Part shown: piece by piece, positions 46,368 to 55,510 of the stretch
How the letters are laid out: each line of letters opens with the position of its first letter
Numbering within the stretch: the stretch's first letter is position 1
Assembly: GCA_036230545.1 (NCBI GenBank)
Contig: JAZAIZ010000350.1
Coordinates: 653-64,652, forward strand
Direction of reading: 5' to 3'
Source: Myxococcota bacterium
Lineage (GTDB): Bacteria; Myxococcota; XYA12-FULL-58-9; JABJBS01
DNA: 64,000 nt
The notes under the pieces: model-generated
The model's database searches: none
The model's input: the letters and a program-made list of their open reading frames with translations, nothing else
Told to the model about the DNA's origin: nothing
Program-made: the position numbers and the translations under genes

Positions 46368-47542
46368 TTCAAGCGACCCTCATGATCCTGGGGCTGGCCC
46401 TCGGGGGCAGTGTTCCGGCGCTGACTCCTGATGATTTGGTGCGACCAGGCAAGCCCCAGGCTGTTAATGTAGCCAATCAGGCTGTTTTTGGCATGCAGTG
46501 GCGGCAGTCGGTGGTTCGGACCGGCATTTTTCGCACGGTGGGGGAGTCCTTTGGGGTCCCCGCGGTGCTGCCCGGTCAGCGTCGGGTGGTGGTGGCCACG
46601 GGGGAGGGCGAGGTGCGCTCCTATCACCTCGACACCGGAGTGCTGCAGTGGCGGGTGCGTTTTGAAGGCGACTTTGAGACCACGGTGAACCCTTTTCGGG
46701 GAGCCGACGGGACCTGGTCGGGGCTGGTGGTGGACCGCACCGGCAAAGCGCGGCTGCTGAAGCTCTCCGATGGGTCGGTGCAATGGACCTCGAAACTCGG
46801 TGCAGACTGTCGTGAGCACGTAACCCTTGAGGGGGAGACCCTCTACGTCACCACGGTGGGCAACGAGATGCTGGCTCTGGAGTATCAGAGCGGGAGGGTG
46901 CTCTGGAGGCAGGGGCGACCCAAGTCTCGGGCATTGACGGTGCTTGGCCACGGTGCGCCGGTAATCGCCGGGGACCTGGTGCTGGGGACATTCTCCGATG
47001 GTTATGTCGTGGCTTACGATTCCCAGAGCGGCGCGGTGCGATGGCAGCGACAGCTCTCGGTGAGCGAAGCCGACTTTGTGGACGCCAACGCGACTCCGGT
47101 CTATTCCGATGGGGTGGTTTTTGTGTCGTCCTACTCCGATGGGATTTACGCCCTGGAGGCCTTGAGCGGAGATCTCCTTTGGGAGCGGGCCGCGCCTTCG
47201 GTGATTGGCCTGGCCTTTGGCCAGGGGGAGCTCTTTGCCGGCAGCGCGGACGGATACGTGTGGGGACTCGATCCTCGCAGTGGAGAGCCTCGTTTTAGAA
47301 CTCGTCTTCAGGAGGGGCCAGTCATTGGGCTTCATTATGATAAGGGAGCGCTGATCTTTGCCGGGGGGAAATCGGGGCTGGTGGTGTTGAGCGCCACCAA
47401 CGGCGCGCCGCTGCAGGCCACGTCCCTGGGAGCGCGGGCGATTAACCCTCCGCGTGTATCCGGGAAACATCTGGTGCTTCTAAGCGCTGCCGGGTATCTC
47501 TATTCTTTCGAGCTTGGGCAGCCCCACCGAAACCTTCATTAG
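46364..47542 (+). CDS. BamB-like PQQ-repeat beta-propeller protein (outer membrane protein assembly factor BamB homolog)
   Basis: Repeated W-containing propeller-blade motifs (VLQWRVRF, VQWTSKL, VLWRQGRP, AVRWQRQL, DLLWERAA). Synteny with the yfgM-like gene and near der. The N-terminal signal peptide lacks a lipobox Cys. Confidence 0.7.
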   Translation: MIQATLMILGLALGGSVPALTPDDLVRPGKPQAVNVANQAVFGMQWRQSVVRTGIFRTVGESFGVPAVLPGQRRVVVATGEGEVRSYHLDTGVLQWRVRFEGDFETTVNPFRGADGTWSGLVVDRTGKARLLKLSDGSVQWTSKLGADCREHVTLEGETLYVTTVGNEMLALEYQSGRVLWRQGRPKSRALTVLGHGAPVIAGDLVLGTFSDGYVVAYDSQSGAVRWQRQLSVSEADFVDANATPVYSDGVVFVSSYSDGIYALEALSGDLLWERAAPSVIGLAFGQGELFAGSADGYVWGLDPRSGEPRFRTRLQEGPVIGLHYDKGALIFAGGKSGLVVLSATNGAPLQATSLGARAINPPRVSGKHLVLLSAAGYLYSFELGQPHRNLH

Positions 47543-47666
47543 GAGCGCCGCGTCATTTTTGGGGTGGGCCGTTGCCTGGGAGAGTTGACTCGCTCCTGGG
47601 TTTGGGGTTTTGTCGGACTCGACGTGAAGTTGTAGCAAACGATTGGGCTTGGTGAAGGGGAAATCA

Positions 47667-48065
47667 ATGCCAGACAGGATCATCACCGTGGTCAGCGGTG
47701 TCATTCAGCGGGATAACAAATACTTGATTACGCAGCGCATGGAGAAGGCGGTGTTGCCGCTGCTTTGGGAATTTCCCGGTGGGCGGCTGGAGGAGGGGGA
47801 GTCGCCGGGAGAGGCACTGCGGCGGGAGCTGAAGTATCGCCTCGGGGTTGATGTTGAGATTGGAGAGCAGATCTCAACCACCGAGGAGGATTATGGGGAC
47901 TATGCGGTGCGCCTGAACCTCTACCACTGTGACCTCGGCGGGCAGGAGCCCGAAGCCCTGAGGGTGCGTGATTTGCGCTGGGTGGCTTCCGATGAGTTTA
48001 GCCACTATGAGTTTCCCCCGGCCGACAAAGCTTCCATGGATCAGCTGCTCTTTGGCAGCTCCTGA
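47667..48065 (+). CDS. Nudix-fold protein (MutT-like) with degenerate Nudix box
   Basis: The Nudix-box region is GGRLEEGESPGEALRRELKYRLGV, against the GX5EX7REUXEEXGU consensus. The two consecutive Glu are replaced by Tyr-Arg. About 133 aa, single domain. Confidence 0.7.
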   Translation: MPDRIITVVSGVIQRDNKYLITQRMEKAVLPLLWEFPGGRLEEGESPGEALRRELKYRLGVDVEIGEQISTTEEDYGDYAVRLNLYHCDLGGQEPEALRVRDLRWVASDEFSHYEFPPADKASMDQLLFGSS

Positions 48066-48176
48066 GTTTTTTCTTGCCGGGCCCTGGCTTTCATTGGGCG
48101 CTTGCCTGGGGAGAGAACCTTGGGTATTTGATAGGTCGGTTGGTTGGTTCCAGGTCGTTTGTGGGAGGATAATCGC

Positions 48177-48764
48177 ATGTCGGAGTGGTGGGTTGCTGTT
48201 GCCGTTGTTCTAATGAGCCTGGTGTCCGGGTGTACCCATGGGGAGGTGGGCAAACAAGCGCTGGTGCCGCGGATCGCGGTGGCTTACAACCTCGTCCCTC
48301 AGCAGCGCGTGGCGGGGACGGAGTATGGAGGGGACAACACCCTCGAGGTGTTTGTTAACGCCAGCGACGCCGACGCTATTCGGCAAAATTTTATCGAGCA
48401 GGCGTCCATGGGCGATTCGGTGCAGCTTGTGCCCTTGGACACCTTTGACGCTGCGGGCAATCCCGCCTGCCCACATGCCTTGGACCTGAAGGAGTATCTC
48501 CTGGAGGTGGGAGGGGATAGCTTTGTGTGTGTGGAGCGCTCGTTTTATTATAACGACGTCATTGGTGCTGCGGTTGCCACCACCCGGGTCGACCTTTATT
48601 CGTCGGAGGGGGACCTGCTGTGGCGGGGAAACTCCACCAAGGGGATCGGCCTGAAGCTCTGGGAGGTCTCCACCGATATCTTCAACCAGACCCGCCGGGC
48701 AGCGGAACGTTCTAACAAAGAGGCGGTGCGGGATCTTCGCAAAGCCATGGCCCTGCTCAATTGA
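48177..48764 (+). CDS. Hypothetical lipoprotein
   Basis: MSEWWVAVAVVLMSLVSGCTHG is a signal peptide with lipobox (VSGC). 195 aa with no recognisable domain. Confidence 0.5.
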   Translation: MSEWWVAVAVVLMSLVSGCTHGEVGKQALVPRIAVAYNLVPQQRVAGTEYGGDNTLEVFVNASDADAIRQNFIEQASMGDSVQLVPLDTFDAAGNPACPHALDLKEYLLEVGGDSFVCVERSFYYNDVIGAAVATTRVDLYSSEGDLLWRGNSTKGIGLKLWEVSTDIFNQTRRAAERSNKEAVRDLRKAMALLN

Positions 48765-49449
48765 CGCTGGCCTGAAAAAACGAATCATTTTCGTGTGAAA
48801 TTGTTCTCTTATGAGAACAGCTCTCATCAACGAGCCGAAAGTCTTCGGATTTTGGGGCGCCGGTGTGTGGCGCGGTGGGGTGATGGACGGAGACCTGGTG
48901 GTTGAGGATGGGCAGTCGGGGGTGGGGTTTCATTTGGGCCACCACCCGGGGAGCGATTCGGTAGCTGCATCCTGGGAGGAGCGAGGGGGCGTGGTAGAAG
49001 GGCATGATGGGGTAATTGCGGCACAATAAAGGCCGAAACCAGTAGATGCCGCAGCGACCGTCCGATTGGAGGTGACCGCACTCGAAGAAGACCTCGCCCT
49101 CCTCGCCAATTTCCCGGGGGGTAAAACGGTGGGCGATCCGGTGGTAGGTGAGGTAGAGGGTCATGAGGCGGGTCTTGCGGATGAACTTCGGGGGGACTCC
49201 GAGAATGGAGCGGCAGCAGTCCCCACACTCGTGGCAGTCTCCCTGCAGCACAACGGGGGGGCGGATGATCTGCTGAACCAGCCGGATGGCGGCGGTCTCC
49301 ATGAGGGCGAAGAACACCAGCACGAAGCGGAGCAGGCGGCGGGTCCACCGGCCCAGGGTCAGGCATTCGTGGAGAAAGATGCCAAGGAGAAGAGCGCTGA
49401 GCGCCGTCGCCAGGGTGAGGGAGGAGGGGGGGGGCGTCATGGTGGGCAT
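48757..49449 (-). CDS. YkgJ-family Cys-cluster (CxxCxxCC) metal-binding protein with N-terminal membrane anchor
   Basis: Start is MPTMTPPPSSLTLATALSALLLGIFL (TM). CHECGDCC and ...CGHLQSDGRCGIYWFRPLLCRNYP match the YkgJ/UPF0153 pattern. The PPP start region is encoded by a C9 homopolymer. Confidence 0.6.
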   Translation of the reverse strand: MPTMTPPPSSLTLATALSALLLGIFLHECLTLGRWTRRLLRFVLVFFALMETAAIRLVQQIIRPPVVLQGDCHECGDCCRSILGVPPKFIRKTRLMTLYLTYHRIAHRFTPREIGEEGEVFFECGHLQSDGRCGIYWFRPLLCRNYPIMPFYHAPSLLPGCSYRIAPRVVAQMKPHPRLPILNHQVSVHHPTAPHTGAPKSEDFRLVDESCSHKRTISHENDSFFQASVN

Positions 49450-49583
49450 CCTCTCAAAGAAGCGAGGGGAACGCCAACTTTGCCCTGGCGGTTGAGGGCG
49501 CTTGGGGGTTTGGGGTAAACTTGAGGGACCTCGCGCGGGGGCGGGGTGTTGCAAGAATCGATTTTGAAGGAGGGGGATCAAGC

Positions 49584-49985
49584 ATGGCAAGTATCATTGT
49601 TGTCGATGACAGTCCCATTGTGAGAGCGGTGGTGGTGGCCACGCTCTCGGAAGTTGGTCACGATGTTGTCGAGGCTGAAAATGGCGAAGAGTTTCTGGAG
49701 CTGGCTCTGGGGGAGCATTTTGATGTGGCGCTGCTGGATATTCTGATGCCTGTGGTAAACGGGGTTGAAGCGTTGCGGGAGTTTCGGGCGCGCGGGGGAA
49801 CCACCGAAGTGATCCTGATGACCTCGCGGATGGAGGCTCTGGTAAGCGACGTCTTTGACGAGCAAGAGCTGGGGGGACATCTGATTAAGCCCTTGAGCAC
49901 TGCGGAGGTCAACGCGGCGGTGGAGGCCGTGCTAGACAGCGTGGACCCACGGCGCCCCTCCCTGCGCCCAGTCTCGTTTTATTAA
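49584..49985 (+). CDS. Single-domain CheY-like response regulator (receiver only)
   Basis: MASIIVVDDSPIVRAVV...DVALLDILMP...LIKP carries the receiver-domain acidic pocket, phospho-acceptor Asp and conserved Lys. No output domain. Confidence 0.85.
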   Translation: MASIIVVDDSPIVRAVVVATLSEVGHDVVEAENGEEFLELALGEHFDVALLDILMPVVNGVEALREFRARGGTTEVILMTSRMEALVSDVFDEQELGGHLIKPLSTAEVNAAVEAVLDSVDPRRPSLRPVSFY

Positions 49986-49991
49986 GGTTTC

Positions 49992-52900
49992 TTAAGCGGG
50001 CTCTTCGCCGCAGTGGCCGCCGCCGGGAGTCTCGATTTGGAGCCTGTCGCCCGGTGAGACCTGAACGCAGGCTTTGCCGCCGAGGTCTCTGGCCGGGCCC
50101 TCCTGGGGGAGGAGGGTGTTGCGTCCGGGAAGCCCCGGCGCGCCGCCCTGGATCCCCGGAGGGGACAGCTCTCGACGCTCGCTGACCACGGTGACCACGC
50201 ACTCACGGAGAAACTCATAGGTTCGGATAACACCGTAGCCGCCCCGATGCAGGGTGTGGGGCGGCGGGGCGCATCGGCGCAGCTGGTAGCGCCGGATCCG
50301 CACGGGAAAGAGTCGCTCAAGCTCCTCGATGGGGGTGTTGAGGGTGTTGGTCATGTGCGTGTGGATGCCATCGGCCCCTGCTCGCTCTGCGCTGGCGCCG
50401 GCACCGGCGGCGAGGGTCTCGTAATGCACAAAATTTTGGGGCTCGCCCTGGGGTCCCGGGGGCAGGGGGCCGCCGAAGAGGACGTTGTTCATGGTCCCGG
50501 CGGAGGCTGCGGGGATTTTGCCGGGCAAGGCCTGTCGCAACGCCCCAAGGAGGCTATCCACCATGCGCTGGGAGGTCTCGACGTTGCCGGCGGAGACCGC
50601 CGCGGGCTCCTGGGCGTCACAGAGGCTCCCGGGACGGGTTAGGATGGTGAAAGGGCGCAGCAGCCCCTCATTGGCCGGGAGGGTGCTCTCGCCAAGGCAG
50701 CGAAACACGTAGAAGACCGCGGCGATGGTGATGGCGCGGACCGCGTTAAGGGAGGAAGGGAGCGCATCGGGAGCCCCGCGGAAATCGATCGTCGCGCTCT
50801 GGTCCGCGATGGTGAGGATCACCGGGATGGGAACTGGGGCGCCACTGCCGTCGCCGTCGTCGAGGTGATCGGTGAAGGTGTGAACGCCGTTGGGGATGCG
50901 GCGCAGGAGCGCTCGCATTTTTTGTTCGGTGTGGTCCAGCAAGGCATCGTTGAGGCGGGCGAGGCTGGCCTCGCCACAGGACTGATGCAGCTCGGTGAGT
51001 CGAAGCTCGGCGACGTGGTTGGCGGCTTCCTGGGCGCGGAGATCTCCCCGGCGCTCTTCTGGAGTGCGGGAGGCGTTGGCGAAGCGCTCACGGACCTCCT
51101 CGTTGAGCACCAGAGGAGGCAGCCGAATGCCCTCGTCTTCAATGGTGAGGGCTCGGGGCTTGCCTTGAAGATCGATGGGAGCTGGGATGCTGCCGGGGGT
51201 GATTCCGCCGACGTCGGCGTGGTGGGCGCGGTTGGAGGCGAAGAAGGTGGGGGCTGCGTCACCTTCGGTGAAGATCGCTTTGATAAGGGTCACGTCGGGG
51301 AGGTGGGTCCCCCCTTGATAGGGATCGTTGAGGATCACGCTCGTGTCCGGGGCCATGGGGATGGCGTCGAGGGCGGCCTGGACGCTGAGGGATTGTGACC
51401 CCAGGTGCACCGGGATGTGGGCGGCGTGGGCCAGCATTTGGCCTCGGTGGTTGAAGAGAGCGCAGGAGAAGTCCCGGCGCTCTTTGATGTTGGCGGAGAA
51501 GGACGCGCGCATCAGGGCCGCGCCCATCTCTTCGGCGATGGAGGCGAGCCGCTGGCGGTGCACCTCCAGGGCCAGGGGCAGGGCGTTGGCGGCCAACTCC
51601 TGCCGGGGGGCATCCGCGCGGCGCTCACAGAGGAGGTCTCCGGCGGGCAGTCGACGGGCTTGCCAGTGGGCGGGGAGCCAGAGGGTGGCGCTGTAGCTGG
51701 GGACGCTGGTGGGGCCCTCCCAGCGCTGGTCGTCGCTTTGGGCCTGGTCGTTGGCGGGGGAGGGAAAGCGTCGCGCAAAGGCCCGCAGGGAAACCAGCTC
51801 GGTGGTGGGGCCCTCGGTGAGGGCGTAGCCATAGCGCTTGCGGTGCTGGCTGGCAAAGGCCTCTCGCACCAGCGCTCCCAGAGTGGTGCCGGCATCTGCG
51901 AGCCAGGCGCGTTGCTCGGGGAGGTGGTCGGTGTTGGCGAGGTGGGAGAGTCGCAGGGGTAGGGTGTGGGTTTGCCCATGGTAGCGCAGGTCGAGGTAGA
52001 CGTCCGCGGAGAGGGGCGTCGGTTCAAGGGAGGCGAAGTCGGCGTTGAATTGGGCCTCGGCCTGGCAGAGAGCGTCCTCAAGCAGGCGTTGGAGGGTGTG
52101 CCCGGTGGACCACTCCGCTTCGGGGAGGTGGTGGGAGGCGATGGCCCGCGACTCCCGGGGAGCGCTGAGGATGCCCTCGGCAGAGAGCAGCCCGGGTTCG
52201 GCGGGGAAGAGGACGTCTTTGCAGCCGAGCTCGTCGGCGATGGCACAGGCGTGCAGCCCACCGGCGCCCCCGAAAGCGACGAGGGTTAGCTCCCGGGGAT
52301 CACAGCCCCGTTGCATGGTGGCTCGTTTGCAGGCTCGGGCGATGCTGGCGTTGGTGATGTCGATGATGCCCTGGGCGGTCTCCTCCACGCTGCAGTTGAG
52401 GCGGGTGGCGAGCCGCTGCACCGCGGCCCGGGCGGCGTCGTGGTGGAGGGGGAAGTTGCCTCCAAGGAGGGTGTCGAGGCGGCCGAGCACGGCGTGGGCG
52501 TCGGTGAGGGTGGCTTGGGCGTCGGGGCCCGCCCGTCCGTAGGCAGCCGGGCCGGGTACTGCGCCGGCGGAGCGGGGGCCGACCTGCAGGGCGTTGGCCT
52601 CGTCCACAAAAGCGATGGAGCCGCCACCGGCACCGATGGTCTCGATGGGGAGCAGGGGGGTGCGGAGGTGGTGGTGGCCGACTCGACCCTCGTCTTCGGG
52701 TTGGGGGGTGCCGATGAGCACCGAGATGTCCGTGGAGGTCCCCCCCATGTCGAGACTGAGGAGCTGGTGGCGCTGGCTGCGTTGGCCCACCGTGCGTGCA
52801 CCCAATACTCCCCCCGCGGGTCCGGAGAGGGCGGTGAGAATGGGTTCCTGTACGGCCCGTTGCACGGGGAGGAGGCCCCCCGACGAGCTCATGATGCTCA

Positions 52901-53597
52901 CGGAGGCCGGGTGCAGTGCGGGGAGGAGCGCCTGGAGGTAGCGGGCGATGACCGGGGTGATAAAGGCGTTGGCCACGCTGGTCTCGCTGCGCTCAAACTC
53001 CCGGGACAGGGGCACCAGCTGGTGGGAGACCGTCTGGGGGGTGTCGGGCCACGCCTCGTTGAGGGCCGCGGACAAGAGCTCTTCGTGGCGGGGGTTCGCG
53101 TAGGAGTGCAGCAGGCAGATGGCGAAGGCCGTGGCCTGTTGGAGGCGCTCGGCGTTGGCTTGCAGAAAGGAGTCCAGGGGCGGGAGCGCTTCAAGTTCTT
53201 CACCGGTGGGAGTCAGCCGGCCCGGGATCCCCACTATGTCCTCAAAGGGGACGAGGGTGGGGGGGACCACGGGGTGGAGGGCGTAGAGGTCGGGGCGATT
53301 CTGACGCCGGAGGGCGAGCACATCTTCGAGGCCCTCGTTGGTGATGAGGACCACTCGCGCGCCCTCACCCTCAAGGAGGGCGTTGGTGCCGACGGTGGTG
53401 CCGTGCAGCACCTCGGTGGGGGAGAGGCCCCATTGGCGACTCAGCGTTTGGACGCCCTCGGCGACGGCCTGTTCGGGGGAGTGGGGGGTGGAGGGGATCT
53501 TGAGGTGAACCCGCTGGCCCTCGTGCTCGGCGACAATATCGGTGAAGGTACCTCCGGTGTCGACGGATAGGCGGGTCATAGTCGTTGGGTTATCCAC
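49992..53597 (-). CDS. Fused hydantoinase/5-oxoprolinase (HyuA-HyuB in one polypeptide, ATP-dependent)
   Basis: 1201 aa. N-terminal LSVDTGGTFTDIV is the hydantoinase A / ASKHA fold. C-terminal hydantoinase B-like half. Confidence 0.9.
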   Translation of the reverse strand: MDNPTTMTRLSVDTGGTFTDIVAEHEGQRVHLKIPSTPHSPEQAVAEGVQTLSRQWGLSPTEVLHGTTVGTNALLEGEGARVVLITNEGLEDVLALRRQNRPDLYALHPVVPPTLVPFEDIVGIPGRLTPTGEELEALPPLDSFLQANAERLQQATAFAICLLHSYANPRHEELLSAALNEAWPDTPQTVSHQLVPLSREFERSETSVANAFITPVIARYLQALLPALHPASVSIMSSSGGLLPVQRAVQEPILTALSGPAGGVLGARTVGQRSQRHQLLSLDMGGTSTDISVLIGTPQPEDEGRVGHHHLRTPLLPIETIGAGGGSIAFVDEANALQVGPRSAGAVPGPAAYGRAGPDAQATLTDAHAVLGRLDTLLGGNFPLHHDAARAAVQRLATRLNCSVEETAQGIIDITNASIARACKRATMQRGCDPRELTLVAFGGAGGLHACAIADELGCKDVLFPAEPGLLSAEGILSAPRESRAIASHHLPEAEWSTGHTLQRLLEDALCQAEAQFNADFASLEPTPLSADVYLDLRYHGQTHTLPLRLSHLANTDHLPEQRAWLADAGTTLGALVREAFASQHRKRYGYALTEGPTTELVSLRAFARRFPSPANDQAQSDDQRWEGPTSVPSYSATLWLPAHWQARRLPAGDLLCERRADAPRQELAANALPLALEVHRQRLASIAEEMGAALMRASFSANIKERRDFSCALFNHRGQMLAHAAHIPVHLGSQSLSVQAALDAIPMAPDTSVILNDPYQGGTHLPDVTLIKAIFTEGDAAPTFFASNRAHHADVGGITPGSIPAPIDLQGKPRALTIEDEGIRLPPLVLNEEVRERFANASRTPEERRGDLRAQEAANHVAELRLTELHQSCGEASLARLNDALLDHTEQKMRALLRRIPNGVHTFTDHLDDGDGSGAPVPIPVILTIADQSATIDFRGAPDALPSSLNAVRAITIAAVFYVFRCLGESTLPANEGLLRPFTILTRPGSLCDAQEPAAVSAGNVETSQRMVDSLLGALRQALPGKIPAASAGTMNNVLFGGPLPPGPQGEPQNFVHYETLAAGAGASAERAGADGIHTHMTNTLNTPIEELERLFPVRIRRYQLRRCAPPPHTLHRGGYGVIRTYEFLRECVVTVVSERRELSPPGIQGGAPGLPGRNTLLPQEGPARDLGGKACVQVSPGDRLQIETPGGGHCGEEPA

Positions 53598-54409
53598 TCT
53601 GCGATGTCTTTGTGAAGCTCAGCGCGGTTAAGCTCGTTGAGGATCTCGTGCAGTTCTTCCGGGCGCTCTTGAACGGTCTTGTCGCTGCTCTGGAGCTTTT
53701 GGGCGAGTTCGCGGCTGGCCTCGGGGCTGGCGATGGGATCGGCGTCGCTGTAGAGGAAGAGCAGCGGCATGGTCATCTGCGCGTGGGCCCGAACCCGCTC
53801 CTGGGCGATTTGGGTTTCGTGCACCCATCCGGCGGTGGCGATGTTGAACACCAGAGGATCCCGGGTGTAGCGGGAGCAGATGTCTTTGTCGCGGCTGATG
53901 AACTCAGGCTTGATGCCATTGGGGAGTGCCAGGCGAGGCACGAAGTTGGCGGCCACCTCGGCGAACTTCTTTTTGGGGGCCGGAACGTGCATGGCCAGGG
54001 CCAGGAAGGGGTTGCTGATGATCAACCCCGCGATGAGGGGGCGTCGGGTGCCGGCGTAATCAAGGGATATCAAGCCGCCGAGGCTGTGACCCAGAACAAA
54101 AGTGGGGAGGTTCTGATCGAGGCGTTCGAGGGCGACGTCCACGTCGTTGAGGTAGTGGGCGAAGTTTTGGATGTAGCCTCGCTGGCCTTCGGAGCGCCCG
54201 TGCCCGCGGAGGTCGACCGCGAAGGTGGCGAGGCCGTGGTCGGCGAAGACATGGGCGATCTCGCGGTAGCGGGCGCCGTGTTCACCGTAGCCGTGGACGA
54301 CCAGCACCTGCCCCTTGGGAGGCTGGTCATTGCCCGGGAGCCAGCGCTGAAAGAGCAGCGACTTGCCGTCGTGGGATTGGATGAACTCTTCCTGATGGAT
54401 TGCGACCAT
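53576..54409 (-). CDS. Alpha/beta hydrolase (lysophospholipase / monoacylglycerol lipase-like)
   Basis: VLVVHGYGEHGARY, DLRGHGRSEG and the nucleophile elbow GHSLGG. Candidate Asp/His for the triad lie later in the sequence. Start at MVAIHQEEF. Confidence 0.8.
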   Translation of the reverse strand: MVAIHQEEFIQSHDGKSLLFQRWLPGNDQPPKGQVLVVHGYGEHGARYREIAHVFADHGLATFAVDLRGHGRSEGQRGYIQNFAHYLNDVDVALERLDQNLPTFVLGHSLGGLISLDYAGTRRPLIAGLIISNPFLALAMHVPAPKKKFAEVAANFVPRLALPNGIKPEFISRDKDICSRYTRDPLVFNIATAGWVHETQIAQERVRAHAQMTMPLLFLYSDADPIASPEASRELAQKLQSSDKTVQERPEELHEILNELNRAELHKDIAEWITQRL

Positions 54410-54459
54410 GGGGGGACCTTTATTCGTAGAGCGCTCGCGCTGCAAGAGGGTGTGGGGGC

Positions 54460-55335
54460 TTAGAAGAGCGAGTCGGTGGCGGCGAGGAGTTTCTGCGCTT
54501 TGCGCTGTTGCGCACGTTGCTCGGGTTCGACTTCGGGGAGGGTTTTGGGATCTGCGGCGATAACGGCGTTGAGCAGGGTTTGAAAGAGGGCCTTGTCTTG
54601 ATTTTTGACTGCGAAGAACTCGGCGTAGGTGACCTTGGTGTCGAGGTATTCGGGGGCGAGGGTCAGAGCCTTTTCAAAATGCGCTCGGGCCCGGCTCATG
54701 TCTCCGCCGGCGAAGGCCGGGGCCCGGGAGTAATAGGCGCCGAAATAGCGATGGGGGGCCGCGTGAAAGTAGGTCTCATCCAATTCGAGGACGCGCTGCA
54801 TGGCGCTCATGAGTCGGTCTTTGTAGAAGAGGATGGAGCGTATGCCTTTCAAGGACACAAATTTGCCGAGGTTGACGGCGTACCAGTAGAGCACCGGCTG
54901 TCCGGAGAGGGGGATGGAGTCGAAGGCGTTGCCCACCTTCTCGCCGGCGAGGACTCGCGTGGCGAACTCCTGAGAGGAGGCCATCAGGCCATGCTCTCCG
55001 GCCACCACCCCCTTTTCGAACATGGCCAGGGCCTTGTCCTGCTCGTCCAGGGTTTGAAAGTGATCGCCTCTTAGAAAGTAGGCCCTGGCCAATTTGGCCA
55101 GGGGATCGGGCTGGTCGGGTTTGGCGGCGTGAATCTTCTCCCAGGAGGCGATGGCGAGCTCGAGGGAGTCGGGGGAACCGCGTTTGGCCCAGGCGCGGTC
55201 TGCCTGGGTGTGCAGTCTCGCGATGGCCCGTGGGGTGGTGGGAACTCGGGCGCCTTCTTTGAGGTTTTGCATCAGCTCGGCACAGCCGGATGTGGTTAGG
55301 ACGATAAGCAGTAATGTCAGCGCTGAACGGATCAT
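54460..55335 (-). CDS. TPR-like helical lipoprotein (possibly TatT-like), unknown function
   Basis: MIRSALTLLLIVLTTSGC lipobox. All-helical repeats with YY/F-rich TPR-like segments. The track ORF is 5'-extended. Confidence 0.5.
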   Translation of the reverse strand: MIRSALTLLLIVLTTSGCAELMQNLKEGARVPTTPRAIARLHTQADRAWAKRGSPDSLELAIASWEKIHAAKPDQPDPLAKLARAYFLRGDHFQTLDEQDKALAMFEKGVVAGEHGLMASSQEFATRVLAGEKVGNAFDSIPLSGQPVLYWYAVNLGKFVSLKGIRSILFYKDRLMSAMQRVLELDETYFHAAPHRYFGAYYSRAPAFAGGDMSRARAHFEKALTLAPEYLDTKVTYAEFFAVKNQDKALFQTLLNAVIAADPKTLPEVEPEQRAQQRKAQKLLAATDSLF

Positions 55336-55510
55336 GGGGCCTCTCTGCTGCCTGGGTTCAGGGGGTGATCGCACGGGGGAGGGCGCAAAATCAACGTCAA
55401 GTGATGGATTTTGTCGGTTTTTTGGGCGTCGCAGGGGCACTTGAACCGCGCCACGTCATCAAGGGGAGAGATCCCTTGCCGCCCGCCCACCTCCTTGATA
55501 GACGCCGCCC

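Noticed and set aside
52311-53570. 419-aa plus-strand ORF
   Set aside because: Antisense to the fused hydantoinase/oxoprolinase; Gly/Val/Glu-rich with no motifs.
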